DNA of 33,000 bases from positions 30,845,001 to 30,878,000 of the forward strand of contig OZ286473.1 in assembly GCA_965644265.1 (NCBI GenBank), in the 5' to 3' direction. The notes beneath the pieces were generated by a model. It was not told the DNA's origin, searched no databases, and worked only from the letters and a program-made list of their open reading frames with translations. Of the stretch, positions 23,210 through 33,000 are shown piece by piece (the first letter of the stretch is position 1; every line of letters begins with the position of its first letter). Origin of the DNA: Glycera tridactyla. Its lineage: Eukaryota. Made by a program: the position numbers and the translations under genes.

Positions 23210-23580
23210 TATATTGATGGTGGTTGACATCGTGATTGTGATATAGTAGTGGTGATGTGGTGGCAATGGTGATCGTACTGATGATCATGGTATCCTTAGT
23301 TATGGTGTTCGGGACTGTGAAGCTGTGGTGCTTGTGATGATAGTTGTGTTGATAGTTGTGTTGTGTTTTGTGGTGGTAGTCATGATGTTCGTATCGGTGG
23401 TGATGGTGGTATTTGTGTTGGTGGTGATGGTGATACTGATCGTCATGGTTATCACGACTGTGGTCTGGTGCTGCGTTGGTGGCAGTGATGATACTTACAG
23501 AGGTTGTGATAGTTGCAGTGTTTTCAAAGGTAACAGAGGTTATCATAGTGGTTGATGTGGTATGGGTGATGGTTATGATG
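23210..23580. repeat. Degenerate (GGT/GAT)n array
   Basis: Read directly from the sequence. Confidence 0.85.
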
Positions 23581-23829
23581 GTACTCATACTGTATCCCTC
23601 AATATCTGAAAATATCTCATATCTCCTGATTTGATTCACAATGAAATCATTGAGATGGGATCGGGACTCATACCGGGCATGTATATCTCCCACAGGAATT
23701 GGTTTATATCCTCAGCGGAATATCATCTTACACAGTTATGAAACATATGTGGAAGTGTGTGAATTCTTTGACGTCAGGATATGACATGTAATCTGCCATG
23801 ACACCATCTTCAGCTAGTAGAGCATACAT

Positions 23830-24090
23830 AGCATTGACCTTACATACACCAACACCATTACTACCGTCATCACCATCACCACCGTAACCACATACTAACC
23901 GCCATATCAGAACAGACCAACCCAACACGGCCAACACAGCCACTTCCACAATCATCACCATCAATACCGGAGCCGCTACTCGCCACTACTCGCGCCATCA
24001 CCAGAACCAACAACAATAACGTACCACCACAACTAACACTACCTGAATCCTCAGCAATGACACCACCATAAGCAATTACCATCACCATCA
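23830..24090. repeat. Degenerate (CAC/CAT)n array
   Basis: Read directly from the sequence. Confidence 0.8.
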
Positions 24091-24395
24091 TAACCACAAT
24101 TCACCCAATCAGCAACTTTACCAACATCGCTCCTTTTGTGAGCAGTCATAAAAGATGGACCACAGACACAAGGACAGCCACAATCACGAAGACAGCCGGA
24201 CTGCTACGATGAAGGCGTGGATGGCATGAGCCCCAAAACAATACATAACCTGATTATCGAAATTGACTTCCTTGAAATCTAGTTACACTCTATAAGTGGG
24301 TAATATTCAATGGGAGGTTGATCGAATACATAGATCACAATCAAGCATCAATACGGCCGAAAAAAATGTAGAAGGGAAGTGATTCGAATAATCGC

Positions 24396-24715
24396 CTGTG
24401 CTAGGACTGAAAGCTAGTGCCATCGATTGATGAGAATGTCCGGAGGTCAATTCAATAAATGACTCAATAGGAACAACTAGCAGCTCCCAGTAAGAATGGC
24501 CAAAACTAATAAATATTTCCCCGTAACAAGCTTGAAGTGGTCACATAGAGTTGTTGGTGTAAGTCTGACATCTTAGATGGTCAGCTGTGCCATTAGACAG
24601 ATGGCCCAGCTAACTAGTTCAGTCTGGCATGAAATCGGCCCAGACCAACCGTCTTGGCGAATAAAATAAAGAATTGTTAGAATCTATCCTCTCCGAACAT
24701 ATAATGCTTACTGGC
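24396..24715 (+). repeat. ~320-bp direct repeat, copy B
   Basis: It is collinear with 21408-21730. Confidence 0.9.
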
Positions 24716-24957
24716 AGGAAGTCATCCATTTTCATGACGATGGTTTGGGCAGGCTAATGCAGATACTTTGCTCGGTGGTTTCGAATCATACTCGGAGATG
24801 TACGGTGGAGAGTCGGTGGGAAACTTTATGTCAGGTCTACTGGAATGAACATACACCGGCATCTGGTAGATCCAGGCCATGTCTGACCATCTGGAGATGA
24901 GGTAATACTGGGAGCACCAGAACCAAACATGCTGCATATTGATAGAATACAATTCTG

Positions 24958-25175
24958 GAGAGAGAAAGTCAGAAAGAGAACGTCGAATAGAGAAATGGAG
25001 AGAGGGTAAGAAAGAAGAGACTGAGGATGTCAGGAAAAAATATTGCAGAGAATGTAATGAGGGAGAGCGAAGAAAACAGATAAAGGGGAAGGAGAGAGAA
25101 GAAATAGAGGAGAGAGAGGGAGATATTAGAAGAGGAACAAAGAGGGAGAGGGTTAAAGCAGAGGGATGGAAAAGA
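24958..25175. repeat. GA-rich polypurine tract
   Basis: Degenerate (GA)n and (GAA)n sequence. Confidence 0.8.
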
Positions 25176-25249
25176 GGCATTTTGTTGTTGAAAATAGATC
25201 GTAATAACCATCAATAGAGGCTAAGCGAATTTCAGCCCTCTGAAACATA

Positions 25250-26500
25250 TTGACGCAGCATCTCAGAAGACTTTTGAAAGAGAAAAAAGGACATTACTGT
25301 GTGGATAAGTCGGTAAACACACTGATGCGCAGTGAGCACAATATGCAATCAATGATCCATAGAATCTTTGAAGTCAATGATTGTTTGGTGTACTATCGAA
25401 AAAGGCAACAATCCGTTCCGACAAGTACTTTGTTTGTGAAACATGATCAAATCAATAATTTGAGATCCGAAAGCCTTGATTTGTTTCTATGACCAGATAA
25501 TATTTCTATGGATGCAACATCATTGAATTATTCGGCATTTCCCCTATCGAGTGTTGTGCGATAGACACTTTTCATCAGCACACATTTATATTTGACCTTC
25601 GGTAATTTCTATCATTTTAGCTGAAATTGATGCGACTTCAGCTGTCGTTTTATTTCGGATGAAAATGAACCAATCATTGAATCTGTTATGTTTTTTTCCA
25701 GGAGGAATCCAAGCCATTGGAAACAGTCAATTGGTTAGTGGGGGCCTGCACGACAGAAAGTGATGCCTCATTGACACTAGCCGCCTACATAGAAGAGATA
25801 AAAAATGTATCACATAAATGACAAAGGTTCTGTGTGTTTGTACAGGCCACTGGCTAGTCATGGCCTACATATACACAAATTGTGATGTTCTTGTCCATTC
25901 CACATTCCTGACTTGAAGTAACGATTACATATATGCCCTTTATACCCAAACATCCTTCAACTATATATATGTTCGTGCCAAGGAAAGCATATTGTTGATT
26001 GGGATTGGATTTCACATGTTACTTCCATACTGTACCTGGTGTGAGTATTACATGGAATGGAATGGCAATGGTATATTCCACCCTCGAATATAGTATATAC
26101 TGATGGCCCACCTTCTGTTAACACAATCCCATATGACCATAATTGCATCATACTGTCTTCCTGTCTGATTATACATTTCCAGTATACCCTATATCCACCC
26201 AATCCACTCATCACTAAATGTTTTGCACGGAAGAGATGCAGTTAGTTTTATGAACATGTCTGTACTGATGGTTTGTGGTGGATAGCGTGTTTCAATCCAC
26301 GTGTTCTGCTTATTGTGAATGTCCACAACAGGTTTAGCTGTCGGCTTAAAAGCATGATATCTAAGCATTCCGATCATCTTGTGATCCTGACCCAATTAAG
26401 ATGATGGCTTTCTTCCAAGTAGCTGTCTCGTTAATCAATGGAGATAAGAAGAGTCTGGTGAGTGGCTTATGCTCTCTCATTATATCAACGATGATTAGAC
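25250..26500 (-). pseudogene. Possible decayed NACHT-like region
   Basis: Minus-strand peptides across frameshifts read KPLTRLFLSP..KKAIILIGSGS/HKMIGML (P-loop-like), KTFSDEW, YYIRGWN, CFQWLGFLLEK and FIFIRNKTTAE. The last resembles F.H.T.QE. The order matches a NACHT-WH-HD2 layout, but each motif is weak. Confidence 0.25.
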
Positions 26501-26649
26501 ACCAGTAGCAGCTAAACTCAATGTCATGGCTTTGTGATATTTATCACTGAGCGAGCCTCATTCGCTCTTTAGTCAGACGAACCTATGAAACCCTGACCAG
26601 AAAATCAGGAGCCAGATGGTATCACAATAATGACTTAATGATTCAGCCA

Positions 26650-26860
26650 CAGGAAGACGATGATGATGATGAAGATGGTGATCACTCGCGACAATAACGT
26701 GGACAGTGATTATGAGAAAGCATGATCATCATGATAATAATGATGATAAAGATCTTAAGAATAATGACAATGATAACGTTGACAAAAATGATTACTAGTG
26801 AAGAAAGTGGTGATGAAAAAAAGTCATGTTAATGGTGATATTGATAACGATAGTGAGAAT
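26650..26860. repeat. Degenerate (GAT/AAT)n array
   Basis: Read directly from the sequence. Confidence 0.75.
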
Positions 26861-26949
26861 GACATACAATGCTATCCAATGGTCTCGGTACTCAAACTTC
26901 TTCGACCATCTTTCCCATTCACCGTCTTATGGATGTATGTACTTGATTA

Positions 26950-27450
26950 TTTATTCTACTGTCGAGCGGTATTCGTAATAGGACATCCAGGGGTCAAGAC
27001 GTTTTTGCAATATTGATTATCAATAATTCCTCAAAGAATTACTCACAGACTTGATGCCTTTATTCATTGATTTCATCATGCGATGAATATTCGCTGACAC
27101 ATACCTGATCTTTCCCTTTGGCTCAGATGGATCTTCCATGCCATCCATTTCCTTCTTCCTGTCTCTGGTATTCAGATATTTCGAGCACAGCTCTGTAGTG
27201 ACATATTGCTGTTTGTTATTCTGGTCGAATTTTTTGTCTAGGATGCACTTGGTTTGATTGGCTGAACGTGAGACTGATGGCCTAGCTCACTGGCCCAGTC
27301 TTGCATCAAATCCACCTTGCCTGACTCACCCACACATCACAACTGAGACAAAGTAATTGGATCAGTGCTATTTTGGGCTGACAGACCATGTCTGTGAGGA
27401 AGATTACCTTATCAAAAAATGGATGATATCAATATGTCAAGATCATTCAC
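26950..27450 (+). pseudogene. Decayed NACHT-like NTPase core
   Basis: RAVFVIGHPGVKTFL at 26963-27007 is Walker-A-like but lacks one Gly relative to GxPGxGKT. DGLAHW at 27276-27293 resembles LDGLDEW, and HITTETK at 27333-27353 resembles xLTTxRP; YFGL follows. Stops and frameshifts lie between the motifs. Confidence 0.45.
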
Positions 27451-29859
27451 TTGTGATTGGTTCAGCTCACATCAACAGTAATTTTCAAATGACATCTCTT
27501 ATGGGGGAATACACTTTCTCTGATGACCACTTTGAATATCAATCTAGGAGATGACATGGGAATACCTGTTTCCTAGATATCTGTCATCGTTTCTCACATA
27601 CATCCAGCTGGAACTATTTCAAGCCAAATGCATCTTATTCTTCATGGTTATTGGTGAAAAGCCAGTACTGCATTGCATGATTGGTTAAGTTCAACAACTC
27701 AGTGAATCTCCACAGTCGTATGAGTTGAATTTCTGACATTACATAAGGCATGTATACAACCACTGGATATCCCACATGATATTTCCTCAAGATTGTATAT
27801 GGGGGTGCCCGTAATATTCAATTAAATTCAATTCAATAAACTTTATCCATACTCGTGAAAACATGTATAAACGGTATATACACGACCAATAATGATATCG
27901 AACTTGAATACTTCATGAAATGAAAGATTACATCACTGAAGTACAGACCTGGTCGACTAGAACTGTGGACCTTGGATTCTTTTTCCTGACCCTTCCAGAT
28001 CAAGTGAAAGATTGCTAAAAATCAATGTAAATATGACCACTTTTATTTTGAATTGGGCTAGTAAGGGTGATGGTGTAGCTAATTATAATGTTATGGCCAC
28101 AATACATCATTGCTCCTTTATATTGTCGCAACAATGTTTGTATATCTCAGACAGACCATGGTTCTTGAGATTGAACATAAAATTTATTACACTGTAATGG
28201 CTCAAAGGAGTCATAAATTGTGACGAAAGTACAATTATGATGTAATATAACTATCTTATCGCCTCCAACTTCAGGACTGCAGTGATCCAAATCTCCTGGA
28301 TCAACAGAAATCAAGTACTCAATTGGGAGAAACAACTGAGAGCGAATCCACAATTCAAGATTTTGAGCTTTCGGTGATATATAGTTCAGCTTGTTATCTT
28401 TCCGATTAAATACCCTGATAAGAATTCATGTGCTTATCTCTGAATTTTTCCCATGACTTAAACCATATACAAATCATTTGACTCACATCATAGTTTGGAC
28501 GCAAGTCAATCAAACCATCACTAGGAGTCGTTAATTTCAATTTTGTCGAATATTCATGTAGATATAACTATCTCAGGTAGATATAACTATCTCAATAGTT
28601 CTCGTAGTTTGCTCAAAAAGTTCATCTGGTTAGTTTGATGAATATTGAGTGTTTGTTCTTTGTGACATAACCAAATTTCACTCACTACGTTGACTGTTTC
28701 GATGGCTGTCAGCCATCTTCATCAGAACTACTGCTCACTAGGTGGCAGTGTGGCGATTTTGACGCACTTAATTTTCTGTCTTAACCCCCCCCCCCATTAG
28801 TTGTCTTGAGGGATAACCTGGTGCAATACTCTGGACAGTTGGGGTATGCACCCTTGTCCCTGTTCATGTAGGGCTTGGTCATCTTTATGTGGATACTGTC
28901 CATCACTCACCAGTCAAACTTATTGCTTTCAGTAGCTACTATGTTGCTTTCTTCCCAGGTCGTTACATGATTTTGCTGTGAGATGTCGTTCTTATATGTT
29001 ATGAAAATCATTCAATATCTTCCCTGGTTCGAGAATGCACTAGCAGAGGGGAACCCCAGTCACCTATGTCTATCGTATTTATTGTGTTACTTCAAATCCT
29101 GAGCAATTGGCTAATTAGAGCTCCTGATAACTCGTCTGCTTAGAACCAATCAGCCTCAGTTATTAAAAACTTCGTATAGAAATTCTGTGAGATTCATTGG
29201 GTCATCATAGAATCGATCTTAGATACCCGCACAGAAAGAGAACCAAGAAATTTCAAATCATCCTCATGTGGGATCATCCTCGGGTGGATCCATACACTAT
29301 GAACCAGATTGGATTTTGGGGTTCGAAGACCGAATTTGTCTAACATTATTCACAAGTAGCCTGATAAATGCTAGTTCTGCATTGTAAGACATAATGGTGA
29401 TACGAAGAAGCAGCAATGATTTGTGCATACTTTGGCCGTCTTATTGTGTCCAGCTTCGACTGTCCACGGCCACCAGTAACTGAAGATGAATAGCCACTCT
29501 GGGCGAGTATGATGACAGAGATGATGTCAGATCAGGCCATATCTGAGAGAGCAGTTATATGTGGCTATATAAGAGAACTGAGCAGTGATACTGATTAAAA
29601 GAGCTGCCTCATTTGATAGTCCTCATAAAATGAGATGGTCAACTAGGTAGACTGCTATAATGGCTGATTTGATCACTTTTCACCGTGAATAGAGTTGATT
29701 TGATACATCAGATTGGTTAAAAATATCACAAAAATGATTTGATAGTTGATGACAGCGCTCACTCAACGATACCTTCGCAACGAACCTGTGCGCTGAGCAT
29801 GGCAAAGTTTCCACCAGAAAAAGATGAGAGATTTTTAGAGATACTATAGTGACCCCGGA

Positions 29860-30080
29860 ATTGCCAGGGAATAATATCTTTATTATCAACCTGACAAAAG
29901 ATGGTGCTTAGCTATTAATTTTTATATTCAGGATTCTATCCTCATTTCCTGATCTTTTTATTTGCAGGCAAGAGATTGGTACTTTGGACTCCTATATTTT
30001 ATTTTTATAGATTTGTCCTTTTTTGCCGTGCATAATGGTCTCTCCTTACACAGATTTTGGATGGAGTTATCGGTGGTTTG
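29860..30080 (-). mobile_element. Possible degraded LINE AP-endonuclease fragment
   Basis: The minus strand reads HGKKGQIYKNKI*..GNEDRILNIKINS*APSFVRLIIKILFP, resembling the APE motifs G.GGV.IY.K and RI..I.I....L.II.VY.P. No RT domain was found nearby. Confidence 0.3.
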
Positions 30081-31202
30081 GCTAATCTGAAATTTTTCAG
30101 AATAATATGATATTTTCGGGAAAGTACGTCGTGTTACCATGAATGCAAAGGAGAAAAAAATCAGTGATTTCTCCTCATAAAGGCTTCATGAAGGCTTCAT
30201 AAATATAAATTAATGGAGATATGATGCGGTATCACATTCCCACCCCATCACATGAACATTACATGCATACATACATATATGACCAGGGATGATGATAATC
30301 CACATGCAGGGCAATTACACATACACACACACGCACATATATATATGGTCGGAATGACGATAATGGTTTTTCTATAATGCATATCAAGCAGATACAATAT
30401 ATGCCACCTGCCTTATATCCCTTGTATCAGAAAAGAAGTAGAGCTGGGGATTATGATCGTAATTGAAGAGGGAGTTCTCACAAAGAAGGAGTCTGCCGAA
30501 ATTCGATTACCTAGGATTTATATCTTCATTTCGGATTTCCATTCCTGTACACAGGTAATCGAAGCACATCCTTCATGGGAGTCCTAAATGGTGATCATTT
30601 CCTAATATTGCATTCAGAAAGATTATCGTCACTTGTTTTTTTCCCTGTCCTCGACCTACATTTCCTAGAATATATGTTCCTATGTCCACATAGGCCATTT
30701 TACTGCACTACCTCAGCCTAACTTGTCGAGCGAACTTTGGAACAAACTTGGAAATCATGATGTGAAATGAGTTGCCATAATATTTATCCATATATTGGTT
30801 CAAATGTCAGGTACTAGGTCACATTGAAGTGACCTCGATAACCAGTATGAACAAATGAAATATCATGTAAAGTAATTTGAACTTTGCTAGAACCCATTAC
30901 ATGGGGAGAACATGGGTTATCACTTGTAAAATATACAAAAAAAGCATACAATTTCAAGCCTGAAATGATGATCAATTACCGAGCTTCTGTTCGAAAGCAT
31001 TGGATGATTGGAAAATACCCCATGACTACAATTACACCCCTTCACATCAGACATGTACACATGCGGACATTAGAGAGAAGGATATGATTTCGATGGGAAT
31101 CCCATATTTGCATTCTCCGAAGATCGAACTGGTCACCTTAAGGTAGTTGGAACACAAATAGTAGGTTATGTTGATGTCACGGAAAACCGTCTCTCGAAAC
31201 TG

Positions 31203-31330
31203 ATGATTGGTTGTTTGCTTGCTTTACATCCTTTGAGCACCACCTGGGCTATATCGAGATGTCCATGCAATGGGAATGGGTGGGATCATTCACGACTCTT
31301 CCTGGATCTCCAAAGGAATGTAATTTTTTT
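31203..31330 (-). mobile_element. Possible SINE 3' end
   Basis: The reverse complement ends gatatagcccagg..gctcaaaggatgtaaagcaagcaaacaaccaatcatc, a core followed by a short-repeat tail as in invertebrate SINE 3' ends. No head was found. Confidence 0.25.
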
Positions 31331-31847
31331 AAAGTTCACAATGTCTAATTTTTGGTATCCCAAAACCTCTCGACCAACCAATTTCGTGAATTTTATTTGT
31401 GCATGTATGAAAATCATTATTGATCAGAATACAAGCATATATGATCAATCCTGAGATGAAACCCTTCTGAGAGAGCTGCTGGTGTCCTACCAAAAAGGTC
31501 AATGCGGGCATCAATCTCTCTATTCATTGAGATGAGAGCAGTCACCCAGTTTATAGTCAGGCGATGTCCTCTCATAAATTAGTGATGCTACCATTGAGAC
31601 TGCTATAAAAAAGCAGTTTTATCTAAGAGGGTACACTACGCATTGGCCCGTTACCAGTTTTATCTTAGAAGTCGCCTATTTGATCCGCTGATGCGACCCT
31701 GGATAGCATTGCATAACAAACATCAAGTCACTTATTCTGCCATTTGGCGATCGCTGTGAGATGCGGAGATGGAGGGCAGGAGCAGGCTCCCTAATCAAAG
31801 GATATTACATCACAGATCCCAAGTGATCATCCCGTACTGGATATTAG

Positions 31848-33000
31848 CCAGATATCCACCAGGAACGCTGCTCTTGTGATAATCATAATGATATTCATCT
31901 TGCGCTTTCTGAAAGGGGCACCACCATCTCAACGAAAATCAGCCATCGTGACGTTGATTTACCATCGCAGCTTCATGACTGTGTATTTCCGGTAGCTATG
32001 ATCACCTCGGATCCACCAAAAATTGCCTTGTATACTGCCCAACAATTTCATGATGTCCAAAGAAAAATGCATTTCCATCAAGAACAACAACAATAACATC
32101 ACCAGCAATGATACTAGTGTCAGTAATAGTGTTTCGATGATGATAATGCTAATGCTAATGATAATGACGATATAATAATGATGATAATGATGATAATGAT
32201 AGTAAGATAGTAATAATAATAATAATAATAATAACAATAATAATAATAATGATAATGATAATGAAAAATAATAATAACACCATCTAACCTACTGTAGACC
32301 AAGACGGTCTGAGAGTTGAAGCCATGAATTTGGCCTCCAGAAATGCCAACACCAGATTGCGACAGGAAGGTGCATTCACTGTAACTGAACACAGCTGAAC
32401 TGACTGGACTATTATGAACTGATCATATGCAACTTTGTCTAAACAGTGATAGTGATGATTCACCAGTGCCCACAACTATACCATCGAAAACGTTGACTCT
32501 ATCATGGCTGACAGCCCCAATGCTGCTACCAGATCCGACTCCATCTCACCATCAGAAACATCTGAACCCAGAATTGTCCCATTTGTCAAAGGGGGGGGGG
32601 GGGGAGTAAGTGACAGTTCAGACACACCTATATACTCATAACGAATAGCTAATCATTCTAATGATGACATATCAAACTATGTATAACTGGCTAAAGCTGA
32701 TATTCAAGCATGGCAGATATGTTTTTACCAGATCCGAATCTTGATATCGATAAGGGGTGGCTGAGTTACCTATACAATGTGTTCACCTCTAAAATGGTCG
32801 ATTTGAATCAGTACTTTATGATTGCAGTACAATGCGACCCCGATCACCGGGTACAACTCAATAAAGACACTCAGGCAATGGTTCAGATCCATTGAATCAC
32901 TGTCCTCATCTCCAGCAAATCTGTAAAGGCAATTTGCTTTGGAACAGACATCCAAATGTGTCTGGTGTCATCATTGTTATCCAAGCTCCCTACTTGGATC
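31848..33000 (+). pseudogene. NLR-like relic running off the window end, split by an AAT array
   Basis: An 82-codon open frame at 31848-32093 includes LHDCVFPVAMITSDP, which resembles C.V.ITSRP. 32660-32860 is homologous to the reverse complement of 350-540. The tail reads MCLVSSLLSKLP, which is LRR-onset-like. Confidence 0.35.
32085..32275. repeat. (AAT/GAT)n array
   Basis: Read directly from the sequence. Confidence 0.9.

Noticed and set aside
28000-28500. Second AP-endonuclease fragment (minus-strand FLLIQEIW)
   Set aside because: It is a single short motif with no further conserved EN motifs in order.
28558-28594. 19-bp tandem duplication with a small hairpin (gtagatataactatctca x2)
   Set aside because: This is a two-copy micro-duplication, common by chance or slippage, with no associated feature.

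Overview
This is AT-rich animal genomic DNA, invertebrate-like and possibly molluscan (inference from repeat types only), with one 173-N assembly gap at 15071-15243. I found no intact protein-coding gene, RNA gene or CRISPR array. Most ORFs in the supplied track are translations of tri- and tetranucleotide microsatellites. The unique-looking DNA between the microsatellites is not random. At least seven mutually homologous segments occur on both strands. When read across stops and frameshifts, several show NACHT-like motifs in the expected order (P-loop, Walker B, sensor 1, helical domains). There is also a degenerate LRR-like tract containing a ~171-bp tandem array, a death-domain-like relic and a Mab-21/cGAS-like relic. 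My best reading is a graveyard of decayed innate-immune receptor genes (NLR-like plus cGLR-like), interspersed with a TA-flanked Tc1/mariner-type MITE family and old LINE/SINE scraps. The nucleotide-level repeats are seen directly. All protein-family calls are by-eye motif inferences on degraded sequence and need frameshift-aware HMM confirmation.
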